In this document: piece after piece, positions 1 through 9,248 of the stretch
Layout of the letters: the number at the start of each line of letters is the position of its first letter
How positions within the stretch are numbered: the first letter of the stretch is position 1
Virus record (IMG/VR): IMGVR_UViG_3300021420_000018
Span: 59,708 to 123,707 of that record
Source of the DNA: a virus
Length of the DNA: 64,000 nucleotides
Direction: 5' to 3' (one strand)
Position numbers and translations under genes: made by a program
Notes under the pieces: model-generated
The model's database searches: none
Seen by the model: only the letters and a program-made list of their open reading frames with translations
Told to the model about the DNA's origin: nothing

Positions 1-1048
1 CCTTGGCCAGCGCTTTGAGGCTGCGCGCGACTTCCGCGACTTCTTCGTGCCGGCGTCCGGGGCGCTTAGTGCCCGGAGAGACCAGCTGCAGGTAATCGAT
101 GATGGCCAGGGCCAAGCCTCGTTCGCGTTTCATGCGGCTTGCGCGGATGGCGATATCGATCACCGAGGATGATGAAGAGTCGTCTATCTCGATCTTCCAG
201 GCCATCATTTCGCCGATCACTTGCGCGATCGCGGACCAATCCTCGCGGCGAATGTGGCCGGTCCTCAGCAGGTGCGAGTTAATGCGTGCGCGGGAAGTCA
301 GGAGCCTCGTGATCAGCGAGTCCGCCGACATTTCCAGGCTGAAGATGGCGATGGGCCCGCCGCCAGCGACCGAGACGTTCTCAGCGATATTGAGAGCGAG
401 GGCGCTCTTTCCAACCGAGGGTCTGGCTGCCAGGATGATTAGCTCAGAAGGCTGGAGTCCGGACGTAAGGGCGTCCAGCTGGTTGTAACCTGTGGATAGG
501 CCGGTCAAACGGCGCCCTTCGTGTATTATTTTCTCGATTTTGTCGCTGTAGTCGGGTATCAGCTTCCGGATCCCCACGAGGCCTTTGCTGGCTTGGGTGT
601 CAGACAGCGCTGTAAATGCTGCGTGCGCTTGTTCAAGCAGGGCCGATGCGCTATCGCCTTCGAGCGCATTGGTCAATATCGACTGTGCAACAAAAGCCGC
701 GGCACGCCTGATCGAGACATCTTTAACGATGGCAGCGTAGTGAGCAACATTGCTGATCCGCGGAACTCCATCGATCAGCGCCGATAAATAGGCTGGACCT
801 CCCGCAGCCTCAAGATCCCCGGTGAGCTGAAGATGCTCAGTTAGTGTTATGAGATCGATCGGCTCCCGGGCGGCCGCGAGCTGAATCATGTGGGTTAAGG
901 TTCTACGGTGGCGATCATCGAAAAAATCTTCAGCATTTACCTTCTCGATGACCGTACTCAGGGTATCGTTGTCGAGTAAAATCGCGCCGAGGATCGCGCG
1001 CTCCGCATCAGGATTCTGTGGCAGATGGGGAGTCTCTTCTGGTTTCAC
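1..1048 (-). CDS. dnaB: Replicative DNA helicase DnaB (3' end runs off window)
   Basis: Absent from the ORF track because no stop lies in the window. Manual translation from GTG 1048 (GTGA overlap with upstream stop) gives PQNPDAERAILGAILLDN...GLSTGYNQLDALTSGLQPSELIILAARPSVGKS...IFSLEMS...IIDYLQL, the DnaB N-terminus and helicase motifs. Confidence 0.95.
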   Translation of the reverse strand, partial: MKPEETPHLPQNPDAERAILGAILLDNDTLSTVIEKVNAEDFFDDRHRRTLTHMIQLAAAREPIDLITLTEHLQLTGDLEAAGGPAYLSALIDGVPRISNVAHYAAIVKDVSIRRAAAFVAQSILTNALEGDSASALLEQAHAAFTALSDTQASKGLVGIRKLIPDYSDKIEKIIHEGRRLTGLSTGYNQLDALTSGLQPSELIILAARPSVGKSALALNIAENVSVAGGGPIAIFSLEMSADSLITRLLTSRARINSHLLRTGHIRREDWSAIAQVIGEMMAWKIEIDDSSSSSVIDIAIRASRMKRERGLALAIIDYLQLVSPGTKRPGRRHEEVAEVARSLKALAK

Positions 1049-1491
1049 GCGGTCTTTCTCTGAAAGTTCTTCTCAAACCACGCGAGTCTCCGACAGGTGT
1101 CGCTACAGTATTTTTGCCAAGGTTTTTTGGGCGCAAACTCTTTGCGACATCCTTCACAACGTTCCGAGGCAAAGGTCATTTTGGTCCGCCTTATCTCTCT
1201 GCGTTTGCCATTAAAGCTAGGATTCAAAGACTTGATTAGTTTCGCTTCGTGTTTGAACGCCGCGTGTGCATTGTCAAAGAACTCTGCCGCCACCCTAGTG
1301 CAATCAGGCAAGTGGACATTTAACGGATGGGACCGCGACAATGGCCTACAGAGGCCGTTTGCGCTCGCACCAACGTAGAAGGCTTCATCGCCCTTCCAGA
1401 TCGTGTAAACGCACGGTTTTGATAGGGTTATAAAATCCCTGCTAGTCCAAGTGAATGTTGCCATGTCGTGCTTTGTCTTTGGTTGTGGCAT
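1045..1491 (-). CDS. GIY-YIG-like nuclease with C-terminal Zn finger
   Basis: CVYTIW...FYVGAS motif; C-terminal CEGC...YCSDTCR; probable leaderless ATG at 1491 just after the promoter. Confidence 0.6.
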   Translation of the reverse strand: MPQPKTKHDMATFTWTSRDFITLSKPCVYTIWKGDEAFYVGASANGLCRPLSRSHPLNVHLPDCTRVAAEFFDNAHAAFKHEAKLIKSLNPSFNGKRREIRRTKMTFASERCEGCRKEFAPKKPWQKYCSDTCRRLAWFEKNFQRKTA

Positions 1492-1497
1492 GATGCG

Positions 1498-1526
1498 TCT
1501 ATACGCCATCGGAACGCATGCGTCAA
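1498..1526 (-). promoter_or_regulatory. Possible sigma70 promoter (leaderless start)
   Basis: TTGACG-17nt-TATAGA, ATG 6 nt downstream. Confidence 0.45.
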
Positions 1527-1536
1527 GGCCTTAGCG

Positions 1537-1986
1537 TCACAGCCGGATCGCCCTCCGCGACTTGAGCTGTGCCAGTTCGGCTTGCAGTTCATTGACTCTT
1601 GCCCTTGCGCCAGGCTCCGGTGGCATTCCTGGTCCTGCTATGACCGGCAGTCTGCCGATAAGTTCGACCCTCAGCTGGTCGATCCTGTTCTGCATAAGCT
1701 GAAGGTCTTGGCGGGTTCGTAGATCGGCAAGCCTGCGCAGTGCCGGCTTGTCGATGTAGACCGCAAAGTATTCGGCATACTGCGCCGGCAGCCGGTCGCT
1801 GAAACGTCTCCTGTGAACATTGGCGGCAGCCGCGGCCTTTACTCGCGATCCGCGGCCGCGAGCCAGGATGCGCGTACCTTTGACGGCGTAAGCGCGAAGC
1901 TGCTTGAGGAAGGCGTTGCCTTCAGGTGTGTTGGGGACCCGAAGCAATGTGGCGATGGTTGGATCGTTCAGACCTGGTTTAGCCAC
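1537..1986 (-). CDS. Hypothetical protein ending ...SRRAIRL
   Basis: 149-aa ORF coupled to its upstream neighbour. Confidence 0.7.
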   Translation of the reverse strand: MAKPGLNDPTIATLLRVPNTPEGNAFLKQLRAYAVKGTRILARGRGSRVKAAAAANVHRRRFSDRLPAQYAEYFAVYIDKPALRRLADLRTRQDLQLMQNRIDQLRVELIGRLPVIAGPGMPPEPGARARVNELQAELAQLKSRRAIRL

Positions 1987-2230
1987 GGCGCTTCTCTTTG
2001 GCTAGCTGCTGTATTTTGTAGGCAGTTAGTACCGTGGCCGCGTACAGACCGGCCAGCATCTCGAATGGATCGGAACTGGCTGCAGAAGCCGCCCTCGCTG
2101 CGGAGTGGCTCACCCTTGCGACCACGCGCTTGCGCTTCCAAGGGCCAAGTGAGACGTCCAGGTGTTCGAGCGCGAAACTGTGTAACTGGCTCAGCCAAAG
2201 ATCAATCTCGTCAGGTTTTGTTTTCGGCAT
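1979..2230 (-). CDS. Hypothetical protein
   Basis: AAGGAG RBS; overlaps next gene. Confidence 0.65.
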   Translation of the reverse strand: MPKTKPDEIDLWLSQLHSFALEHLDVSLGPWKRKRVVARVSHSAARAASAASSDPFEMLAGLYAATVLTAYKIQQLAKEKRRG

Positions 2231-2245
2231 TTCGCTCCTTTATTT

Positions 2246-2497
2246 TCATTTGGTCCTCTTGAGAAACGTGTTGAGAAATGTGCTGCCCACGATGATCTTG
2301 GTGCCGGCCGGGACCGTCATGATGACTTCCACTGGTTGAGGTGGCCCCGCCTGCACTATTTGTGCGTCGGTATCGGCTTCCAGGCAGACACCGACTTGGC
2401 AGTTGACCGAAGGTTGGTCCGGCGAGACCACGAGCTGCACGTGGCCTCGCGAACACACGTATGGCGTTACCCTGAACCGCATGCGCTCTCGTTTCAT
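2246..2497 (-). CDS. Hypothetical protein
   Basis: Fills the gap after parB. Confidence 0.55.
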   Translation of the reverse strand: MKRERMRFRVTPYVCSRGHVQLVVSPDQPSVNCQVGVCLEADTDAQIVQAGPPQPVEVIMTVPAGTKIIVGSTFLNTFLKRTK

Positions 2498-2502
2498 GGG
2501 AC

Positions 2503-3993
2503 CTACTTTTTGGGCTTGGCTTCCTTGGCCTTTGGCTTGATCTGTTTCTCTTTGGCCAGCTTCGCGATCTCGGCCAGCGAAACATCTTCAGCCTTGGCCT
2601 TGGCTTCGAGCAGTGTAGCCTTTGGCGTGCTGCTGGTGGAGAACCAGAGCTCGCTGTCGGCCAGCATGAGCAAACACATCCATTGCTCGACGCCATCGGC
2701 ATTCAGTTTGGCGAGATTCTTCTCAATGGTTCCTTGGAAGTCTTTGCCGCCGTACTTACTGCTGGTGGGCTCCCAGGCCAGGGCATCGCAAACAGCTTTG
2801 GCGTGATCGTGGCTGAGAGTTCGGATTTGCCAGTCGAGGATCGCTCGATAATCCTTTTCGCTAACCTTGATGGGGTCCGACGCAAGTTCCTTGAAGATGA
2901 GCCCGCGGCGCCGCAGCTCCAGCCGGCGTGATTTGATCTTGACGTTTTGCTCTTTGCGCCAGGCACTGTTGCTGCTGCCACCGTCTGAAACGTAGCGATG
3001 CGTCTTGCATTTCGGATTGACGCAGACCGTGAGCACGTCTCCGACTTTGGCTGTTCTGCCACCCGCCCAATCGCCGTAGTAATCCAGCTTTTGAACGATG
3101 ATGCCTTGCTTGAGATTGGCGCAGTTTTTATCTTTGGCCGGCGTCCACTCGGTCGTGGCTATCGGCTTCTCACCATAGGAACTGCCCAACGTGAGTTTGA
3201 TCGCATCCGGAAACTTCGCGACCTGAATCGCTACCAGGGCCTCGACCTTCGAGTCGTAGCAAGTTGGATCGGTGCACGTATCGTTTCCCTTGATGTCGGC
3301 GAACAGCAACTTGTTCGCTCCGGTCCGCTTCGGACACGCAAGGCACGATCCGGCTGAAGGCTCCAACTTCGCGTCCTTGGTATCGAACGGCGCCTCGGCC
3401 AAGTTCAGAAAGAAGTGACGCTCGATTGAATCGGCCAAGCTGTGCGCGCTGTCGCCGCGCTTGAGATAGTCTAAACATTCCTTCTGCTGTTCCGGTTGCA
3501 ACCTGCAGACCTGGAGCGCGTGCGCCTGGCTGATCTTCAGTTCGCGGAACAGCTTCTTGACCGGCTCAATCAGTGCGCAGAACTTCAAGCGTATCTGCAC
3601 GTGCCGATCGCTCTTACCGGTCTTGGTGGCCAGTTGATCGATGGAGTAACCGAAGTCTTTCTGGAGCCGCTGATAGGTTTCTGCTTCGTCGAGCGGATGG
3701 AGATCATCCCGATGCATGTTCTCGATCAGTTGAATCTCGAAAGCTTCCGAGTCCGTCAGCGTTTTGACAATACACGGCACTTCCTTTAGGCCGGCAGCTT
3801 TGGCACCGCGATAGCGGCGCGAGCCAGCGACGATCAGGAAACCGTCATTATTGGAACGAACGAGCAACGGCTCCAGGATGCCTTTCTCTTTGATCGATTC
3901 GGTTAGTTCTTTGAGGCTGTCCTTGTCGAACGTGGTCCGGGGGTTGGTGCTTTCGTGTAATAAAACTAGTTCGATATTTTGAATCTCCAGCAT
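2503..3993 (-). CDS. parB: ParB/RepB/Spo0J family protein (long, PRTRC-ParB-like, with Cys cluster)
   Basis: NPRTTFD..SLKELTESIKEKGILEPLLVR...IVAGSRRYRG; ENMHRDDLHPLDEA; HTH; CLACPKRTG...CTDPTC. Confidence 0.9.
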   Translation of the reverse strand: MLEIQNIELVLLHESTNPRTTFDKDSLKELTESIKEKGILEPLLVRSNNDGFLIVAGSRRYRGAKAAGLKEVPCIVKTLTDSEAFEIQLIENMHRDDLHPLDEAETYQRLQKDFGYSIDQLATKTGKSDRHVQIRLKFCALIEPVKKLFRELKISQAHALQVCRLQPEQQKECLDYLKRGDSAHSLADSIERHFFLNLAEAPFDTKDAKLEPSAGSCLACPKRTGANKLLFADIKGNDTCTDPTCYDSKVEALVAIQVAKFPDAIKLTLGSSYGEKPIATTEWTPAKDKNCANLKQGIIVQKLDYYGDWAGGRTAKVGDVLTVCVNPKCKTHRYVSDGGSSNSAWRKEQNVKIKSRRLELRRRGLIFKELASDPIKVSEKDYRAILDWQIRTLSHDHAKAVCDALAWEPTSSKYGGKDFQGTIEKNLAKLNADGVEQWMCLLMLADSELWFSTSSTPKATLLEAKAKAEDVSLAEIAKLAKEKQIKPKAKEAKPKK

Positions 3994-4019
3994 TTTTTTG
4001 ATTCTCCCTTTTTGTGAAG

Positions 4020-4703
4020 TTACAGATGAGACCAGTTCTTGCGATGCAAGATGTAGGAAATTCTAGACCGTGAAACTCTAAATCGTTCAGCAATGAGTCG
4101 GTGATTGTGGCCAGATGCGGCTAATTGCCTAATTTGCAAAACTTGATTTTCAGTTAGTTTGGCGTGACCGTTCTTGACGCCACGCGCGCGAGTGCCGTGG
4201 CGTAATTGATCAGCAGCGTTCTCTTTTGGAGTGCCCCACTTCAGATTCGATAACTTGTTATTGCCTGCATTGTTGTCGTCGTGAAGAGATTCCAGCCCTG
4301 GCGGACACGGGCCGACGAACGCGGTTAAAACTAGGACATGAACGTATTTCTTAGTTTCCTTTCTGTCTGCGGTCCAAAGAGAGACTCGCAAATGGCCCGT
4401 GCGATTTGAACGCCACGGCTTTAGAAATCTCCCGAACCTGTGCGAGTTCCTGAACGATGCATATATAGCGCGGACGCGGCCCAAGCTGCTAACTTCGTAG
4501 CGATCGGCGAAACCGGGAACCGGACGCCATTCCTCTTCTGGAATGACGTTGTTAACGTCAGTGATTACAGCAAGGGCCTTTTCTAACGGCCAGCCAGCAT
4601 CTATGCGTTTCCAAAGAGTAGCCGGTTTGATCCCTACCTTACGCGCCCATGCCGTAATGGATAGCGACGTGTCCAGGAAAGTTATCGATCTCTTCTTAGG
4701 CAT
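4020..4703 (-). CDS. NUMOD4-HNH homing endonuclease
   Basis: EEWRPVPGF..RYEVSSLGRVR (NUMOD4); VHVLVLTAFVGP..LHDDNN..NN.LSNLKWGT..EN. Confidence 0.9.
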   Translation of the reverse strand: MPKKRSITFLDTSLSITAWARKVGIKPATLWKRIDAGWPLEKALAVITDVNNVIPEEEWRPVPGFADRYEVSSLGRVRAIYASFRNSHRFGRFLKPWRSNRTGHLRVSLWTADRKETKKYVHVLVLTAFVGPCPPGLESLHDDNNAGNNKLSNLKWGTPKENAADQLRHGTRARGVKNGHAKLTENQVLQIRQLAASGHNHRLIAERFRVSRSRISYILHRKNWSHL

Positions 4704-5154
4704 CGTATTTCCTTTGAATCGCTACAACCTTCTCATTCAGTTCCTTGAACTCTGCTTCGGTTATCCAGCGCGGCGACGGCAAACAACCATGGGGGCAACG
4801 AAGCCATTCGTTATCGACGCAGCCAAAGCATCGGCAAACTAGCGGTCTTATCGCATATGCCATGCAGGAGCCCATCTCACTAAGAAAAACACAGCGCAAG
4901 TCCTCCCGACTAGAGGGCGCAAGACCGATAAAATGCTGCCGTATGAACTCCTGATCAGGAAGGTGTGGGCGTTCACTAGGTTCAAATATCGTTACCAACT
5001 CGAGCCACCCGCGCTTGTCCTCGAGCCGCTGTGCTTCGATCTTCGGAATCAGGATAGGACCGCAGTAATCGAAACACTTCCGCTGACACTGGACCTGCGG
5101 CAGGGTTGCGTAGAGTGCTTCCAGTTCTGCGTATTTGCTAGCGGATTCTGTCAT
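4696..5154 (-). CDS. YkgJ-like Cys-cluster (Zn/Fe-S) protein
   Basis: CQRKCFDYCG ... CVFL...CMAYAIRPLVCR. Confidence 0.8.
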   Translation of the reverse strand: MTESASKYAELEALYATLPQVQCQRKCFDYCGPILIPKIEAQRLEDKRGWLELVTIFEPSERPHLPDQEFIRQHFIGLAPSSREDLRCVFLSEMGSCMAYAIRPLVCRCFGCVDNEWLRCPHGCLPSPRWITEAEFKELNEKVVAIQRKYDA

Positions 5155-5314
5155 CGAGTATAAACTCCAGTATCTTGATTTTGCGCCGCGTCTCCACTAT
5201 CTGACGTTCTAGCAATTCCTTTTCGACGAATGCCTTGTTGCGGCAGTCGGCACACGCCACATGATCGTGATTATCGGTCGCGCCAAAGGCTCGTCCACAG
5301 ATTGGACAACTCAT
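5138..5314 (-). CDS. Small Zn-finger protein
   Basis: MSCPICG...ACADC; ATG overlaps upstream stop. Confidence 0.55.
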   Translation of the reverse strand: MSCPICGRAFGATDNHDHVACADCRNKAFVEKELLERQIVETRRKIKILEFILDDRIR

Positions 5315-5532
5315 AGTTGTGAAGGCTTGCTCGGCCGCGGCTTCCAAAGCCGGTCTTTCGCAGCCCGAATCTCCTTTCCTAGTTTTATGTCGCACCAGTA
5401 CGTCGTAGGCGCAAACAAGCCGGCCTTTTTCATGGCCTTGATGATTTCGTACTCCATCTCGGACAGGATTGACCGGTGTCCGACGAGCCAATCAACGCGC
5501 TGCTTAAACGTGGACCGCTTCTCGCGGCTCAT
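5311..5532 (-). CDS. Hypothetical protein
   Basis: ATGA overlaps on both sides. Confidence 0.6.
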   Translation of the reverse strand: MSREKRSTFKQRVDWLVGHRSILSEMEYEIIKAMKKAGLFAPTTYWCDIKLGKEIRAAKDRLWKPRPSKPSQL

Positions 5533-6158
5533 AGTCCGAACCTTTCGAGCGCCTTGTAAACTCTCGGCACCGGACGATGTTCGTTCACGATATCCACAAA
5601 CCAGCGGAGTTTCTTGTATTCCTTGCTTGGAGTGTAGGCGTCGATGATCGTGAAAAAAAGAAACACGTCCATATCCTTGATCGACAGAACGTTATTCAGC
5701 CTGCTCTGCTTGACGCGGCCCTTTTCCTCGAACCCTTTCCAGATGGCCCAGTTCTCATCGTGGTACTGCACCATATTGAGCAAGTCATTTCTCTGCGCCG
5801 GCTCGACCAGGGTTTCGTCAAGGAACTCAGCCAAGAATCTCTTGGCGAGCGTGGCGTGGCTTTCATTCCCCGCGATCGGTGAGTCTCGCTTCGCCCAAAG
5901 TTTCATGGTGTCGTGCGTGTGGACCAGGATGCGCAGCTTCCAATACTCCACTTCCGAGAGAAGCGGATGCAACATCATCAGGTTATTTTCAAGATCGATA
6001 ATGTGGAGCTCGACTGTGCCTTCGGCGTGGCCGGTTCGCGGCTTCCCGTATTTCACTCCCTCGGTGTACCGAGGATCGGCGGTGATCTTTTCGTAGATCG
6101 TTTGCAGCTTCTGGACGTCCCAATAGACCTTATAGAACTCCGGTGAGTTTGCGATCAT
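5529..6158 (-). CDS. HD-domain phosphohydrolase-like protein
   Basis: GHAEGTVELH...HTHDTMK...SHA...YHD...IIDA pattern. Confidence 0.65.
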   Translation of the reverse strand: MIANSPEFYKVYWDVQKLQTIYEKITADPRYTEGVKYGKPRTGHAEGTVELHIIDLENNLMMLHPLLSEVEYWKLRILVHTHDTMKLWAKRDSPIAGNESHATLAKRFLAEFLDETLVEPAQRNDLLNMVQYHDENWAIWKGFEEKGRVKQSRLNNVLSIKDMDVFLFFTIIDAYTPSKEYKKLRWFVDIVNEHRPVPRVYKALERFGL

Positions 6159-6346
6159 TGCACGCCCTCGTACTTGTTGGCGATGATGTTGAACGGACCG
6201 AAACAGGCAATCAGCGCGGTTTCGTCATGGCGTTCCATGAAGTGGTTCGCTTCATCCACTGTGTCGGTGATGGCGCGAACCAGGAACCGCTTGCCCATGC
6301 TGTAAATCCAGAGCTGCTCTCCGCCTTTCTTAGCTTTGTGAATCAC
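6155..6346 (-). CDS. Hypothetical protein
   Basis: Coupled ORF. Confidence 0.6.
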   Translation of the reverse strand: MIHKAKKGGEQLWIYSMGKRFLVRAITDTVDEANHFMERHDETALIACFGPFNIIANKYEGVQ

Positions 6347-6630
6347 ACCACACCTCGTTTCTGCGCGTTCGTTTGCCAGCGTTCTTCCAAGTGGAAATGG
6401 ATTGGGATGGTGGTGCCGCCGCTGTCGTAGTACCGGATGAACTCGCGGACGGTGGGAGAAGTTTCAGCTACGTGCTCGCCGTTGTCTTGCCAGACGATCT
6501 CATCTTCGTAGACTTCCGGAGAAGGCAGGCCGGCGCGCTTCATGGCCAGGGCAATCGGGCACGCGCAAGGATCGCCTGGTTTGCCGTTGGCGATATCGGA
6601 CATCGTCACCCAAACGGTTACGTGGATCAT
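6343..6630 (-). CDS. Hypothetical phage protein
   Basis: DI..G...CPIALAMKR motif; coupled ORF. Confidence 0.65.
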   Translation of the reverse strand: MIHVTVWVTMSDIANGKPGDPCACPIALAMKRAGLPSPEVYEDEIVWQDNGEHVAETSPTVREFIRYYDSGGTTIPIHFHLEERWQTNAQKRGVV

Positions 6631-6788
6631 GTTTGGCTCGGCCGCTGTTCCTTGAGCGGCTTTGGTTGCATCGGGGGATCGGTCGGATCAATCTGCCTGC
6701 GCTTTTGCTCCCACTCTCGGATGAGCTCTGGATCGCCGCACCCTCTGAAAAACACAATCGCCAAAAGCAAAACCTGTCGGCGTGTCAT
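6627..6788 (-). CDS. Small possible lipoprotein (53 aa, below ORF-track cutoff)
   Basis: MTRRQVLLLAIVFFRGC...; ATGA overlaps on both sides. Confidence 0.45.
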   Translation of the reverse strand: MTRRQVLLLAIVFFRGCGDPELIREWEQKRRQIDPTDPPMQPKPLKEQRPSQT

Positions 6789-6895
6789 CGCCAGAGATCG
6801 TCCCACATTAGCCAGACGAAAAAGATCACGATGAAGGACCCGAACACTAAGGCTCCAAACGACGCCTTCAAAACTTCAAGGTGCTCTGGTGTCAT
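6785..6895 (-). CDS. Small membrane protein
   Basis: AAGGGAGAATC RBS before ATG 6895; one hydrophobic segment. Confidence 0.55.
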   Translation of the reverse strand: MTPEHLEVLKASFGALVFGSFIVIFFVWLMWDDLWR

Positions 6896-7015
6896 TTTTT
6901 GATTCTCCCTTGTTATTTGAAGCGGGGAGGTCCGTAGAGTCTCCCCGCCCATTGTGGCCGCCACCAACATTTCGACTCTGGGCTCCAAGGGCTATATGGC
7001 GGTCACAAAGATCAA

Positions 7016-7564
7016 TCAGTTGATCGTGCTATCCGTAACCGTTCCGCTTCCGCCTTGGAGCGTATCGGTGTAGTACGTGGTGCAGCGACCATAGCGGCAC
7101 GCCGTATGCGACGTGCGAACGTAAGTCGCTGTCACGCTGAAGCCATCCAGGCGATTGTTGCTGTTCTCGTAAGTTCCCCATTCGCCAGTGAAGTAAGGGC
7201 AGGTTGTGCTTCCCGAAACTGTGAACGTGTCTCCTGTGTGGGTGCCGTTGCCGATAGTCCATACTTTCTGTCCGAAGGCAATCGGGTTGCACGGCGAGAG
7301 ATAGCCGTTGTTCAGATAACCAAGCTGGAACGGAACGTCGATGGCCGATCCGTATCCGCTGCCGAAGCTGGAGTTGAGGCTGACGGCTCCCATTTCGTAA
7401 GGGTACGGAGGATTTGCCGGATCGCTTCCATCCCAAGAAGTGATTTGGGAGTTGGCGTTGAACACAAAAGTGTTAGACAACGACACCGTCTGGGCCTTTG
7501 CCTGGTTTGTTACGAACAACAGCACTGCCAGAATCGGAAAGATGAATCGCCTTACCATTTGCAT
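7016..7564 (-). CDS. Secreted beta-rich protein
   Basis: Signal peptide ...ILAVLLFVTNQAKA-Q; AAAAGGAG RBS; Cys pairs. Confidence 0.75.
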   Translation of the reverse strand: MQMVRRFIFPILAVLLFVTNQAKAQTVSLSNTFVFNANSQITSWDGSDPANPPYPYEMGAVSLNSSFGSGYGSAIDVPFQLGYLNNGYLSPCNPIAFGQKVWTIGNGTHTGDTFTVSGSTTCPYFTGEWGTYENSNNRLDGFSVTATYVRTSHTACRYGRCTTYYTDTLQGGSGTVTDSTIN

Positions 7565-7686
7565 TGTCGATCTCCTTTTTTTTGATTTGTGATTTGATAT
7601 TTGGCGGCGGTCACCCCGGGCCTTTTATTCGCTTGTGTCCTGGCAACCGCCGCCCTATTCAGCCGCTGTGCCGGTCGGCACTGCGG

Positions 7687-8481
7687 CTAAACTCTTCGGC
7701 CGAACATACTTGTGGCCGATCGCACTGCGTCGCGATATTGGTCGTACTGCTTCGGATACTCGCGCACCAATCTGCCGTCCAGCTCGACTCCCATCTCGGT
7801 TCGGACGTTTGCGCTCTGCTTGAAGAAGCGGGCCACTTTGCGGCGCGTGCACGCGGCGAACATTTCGCGGACCCAGGTGTGATCCATGGGCCGGAAGTTT
7901 TTCGTGTTGTTGCCAGACTCGCCGCCGATGATGCACCAGTGGTAGCCAACGAGGGCTGGCTCAAACTCTGGCATGAGATTTTCCAATAGCGGCTCGGCCG
8001 AAATGAATCGGACGTAGGCGGGAACTTCGCGCAAAGCATCCAGAGCACGCAGATGTTTCTTCATGCCGATGCTTGTTCCTAGCCACACGTTCTTGTAGTT
8101 GGAGCCCCCGGCCCAGTCGGCCGGCAGTCGCGCCGTTATCAGATTCGGCCGCTTCGTCAGCACTTGATAGATCATGTTTGGAGTGCGGCGAATGATGCTC
8201 CAGATCGCCGGACGCCACTCATCGGCATCCTGAATAAAGAAGTCGGAAAGCGAGCACGTGAACACAAGATCGCAGCGCCCTTCTCGTTCGGCTTCCTTCT
8301 GCCAGCGAATCGGGTCGTTCCAAGTCTTTGAGCGGACTACGGTATCGAATGCACCCTTGCCGCGCGTGCGGTTAATCATCGCCCTGGCATAGCAGTTGTC
8401 GCAGCACTCATTCACGTCGCGGCAGCCGATCCAGGGATTCCACGTTCTACCAGCCCAACTTATTTTTGTGGTCTCACCCAA
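7687..8481 (-). CDS. DUF5131 / phage Gp37Gp68 family (radical-SAM-like)
   Basis: ISW..TWNPWIGC..VNECCDNCYA; SLSDFF; YQVLTKRP; NVWLGTS; RFISAEPLL; IIGGESG; FFKQ. Confidence 0.92.
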   Translation of the reverse strand: MGETTKISWAGRTWNPWIGCRDVNECCDNCYARAMINRTRGKGAFDTVVRSKTWNDPIRWQKEAEREGRCDLVFTCSLSDFFIQDADEWRPAIWSIIRRTPNMIYQVLTKRPNLITARLPADWAGGSNYKNVWLGTSIGMKKHLRALDALREVPAYVRFISAEPLLENLMPEFEPALVGYHWCIIGGESGNNTKNFRPMDHTWVREMFAACTRRKVARFFKQSANVRTEMGVELDGRLVREYPKQYDQYRDAVRSATSMFGRRV

Positions 8482-9014
8482 GGTTTTTCTCCTCTCCTGA
8501 TATAAGACACAGCGCTCTTTCCGACGCCAAATCGCACCGCTATGTCTCGTTGCGTTCCGCTCGCTTTGCGAATCTTTGCTTTAAGTGCTTCGGAAATCCA
8601 TGCGGGATGATGTTTAGGACCGGTCCCAGGACGTTTTAAGCCAGCTACAGATCTTCCCTTGTTGCGCATGTCGTCCATGTTGTCTTGTTGGGTTCCAGCA
8701 AACAAGTGACCAGGATTGCAGCATGGCTTATTGTCGCAGTGGTGAAGAACAAAGCCTCGTCCCGGGTCACCTTTGGTGAGCATGAAAGCTAAAACATGCG
8801 CGCCGATAGTTTTGCCGTGGTGTAGCTCAAACTGCCCATAGCCATTAGGATAAAATGACGCTTGCCACGGCCAGCATTCTTCAGGACTTCCAATCTTTAC
8901 CTTCTGCCAAAATCTGTCGATGATCGGCAGCGCCGGACAATCGTGCCCCTTGGCAGATAGTATCCTTCCGCAGCGGTCACAGTATTTAGTCCACGGTCGC
9001 GGATCGCACGACAT
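8460..9014 (-). CDS. HNH homing endonuclease
   Basis: RFWQKV..ECWPWQ..GYG..AH..VLHHCDNKPCCNPGHLFAGTQQDN..DM..KGR. Confidence 0.9.
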   Translation of the reverse strand: MSCDPRPWTKYCDRCGRILSAKGHDCPALPIIDRFWQKVKIGSPEECWPWQASFYPNGYGQFELHHGKTIGAHVLAFMLTKGDPGRGFVLHHCDNKPCCNPGHLFAGTQQDNMDDMRNKGRSVAGLKRPGTGPKHHPAWISEALKAKIRKASGTQRDIAVRFGVGKSAVSYIRRGEKPWVRPQK

Positions 9015-9023
9015 CGTGTTCGT

Positions 9024-9052
9024 ATGTTAGCTTGGCGGCCACGATATGTCAA
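9024..9052 (-). promoter_or_regulatory. Sigma70-type promoter
   Basis: TTGACA-TATCGTGGCCGCCAAGC(17)-TAACAT; spacer resembles that of the 26344-26372 promoter. Confidence 0.6.
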
Positions 9053-9248
9053 TAAGTTTCACTTTGATTCTCCCTTTATCGGAAAGTACAGCAACGTCGG
9101 GGTCTTTTGAGCGCGCATCACGGCCGACCCGGAACGGATCCAGCGAAGCGGAGGCGGATTGTGCTCAAACGGCTCGAAGACTACCAGGCTCGTTATGCAC
9201 GCATCGCCTATCCAAAACCGTCGTAGCATTGCTTGTGCAAGTGGGCAG

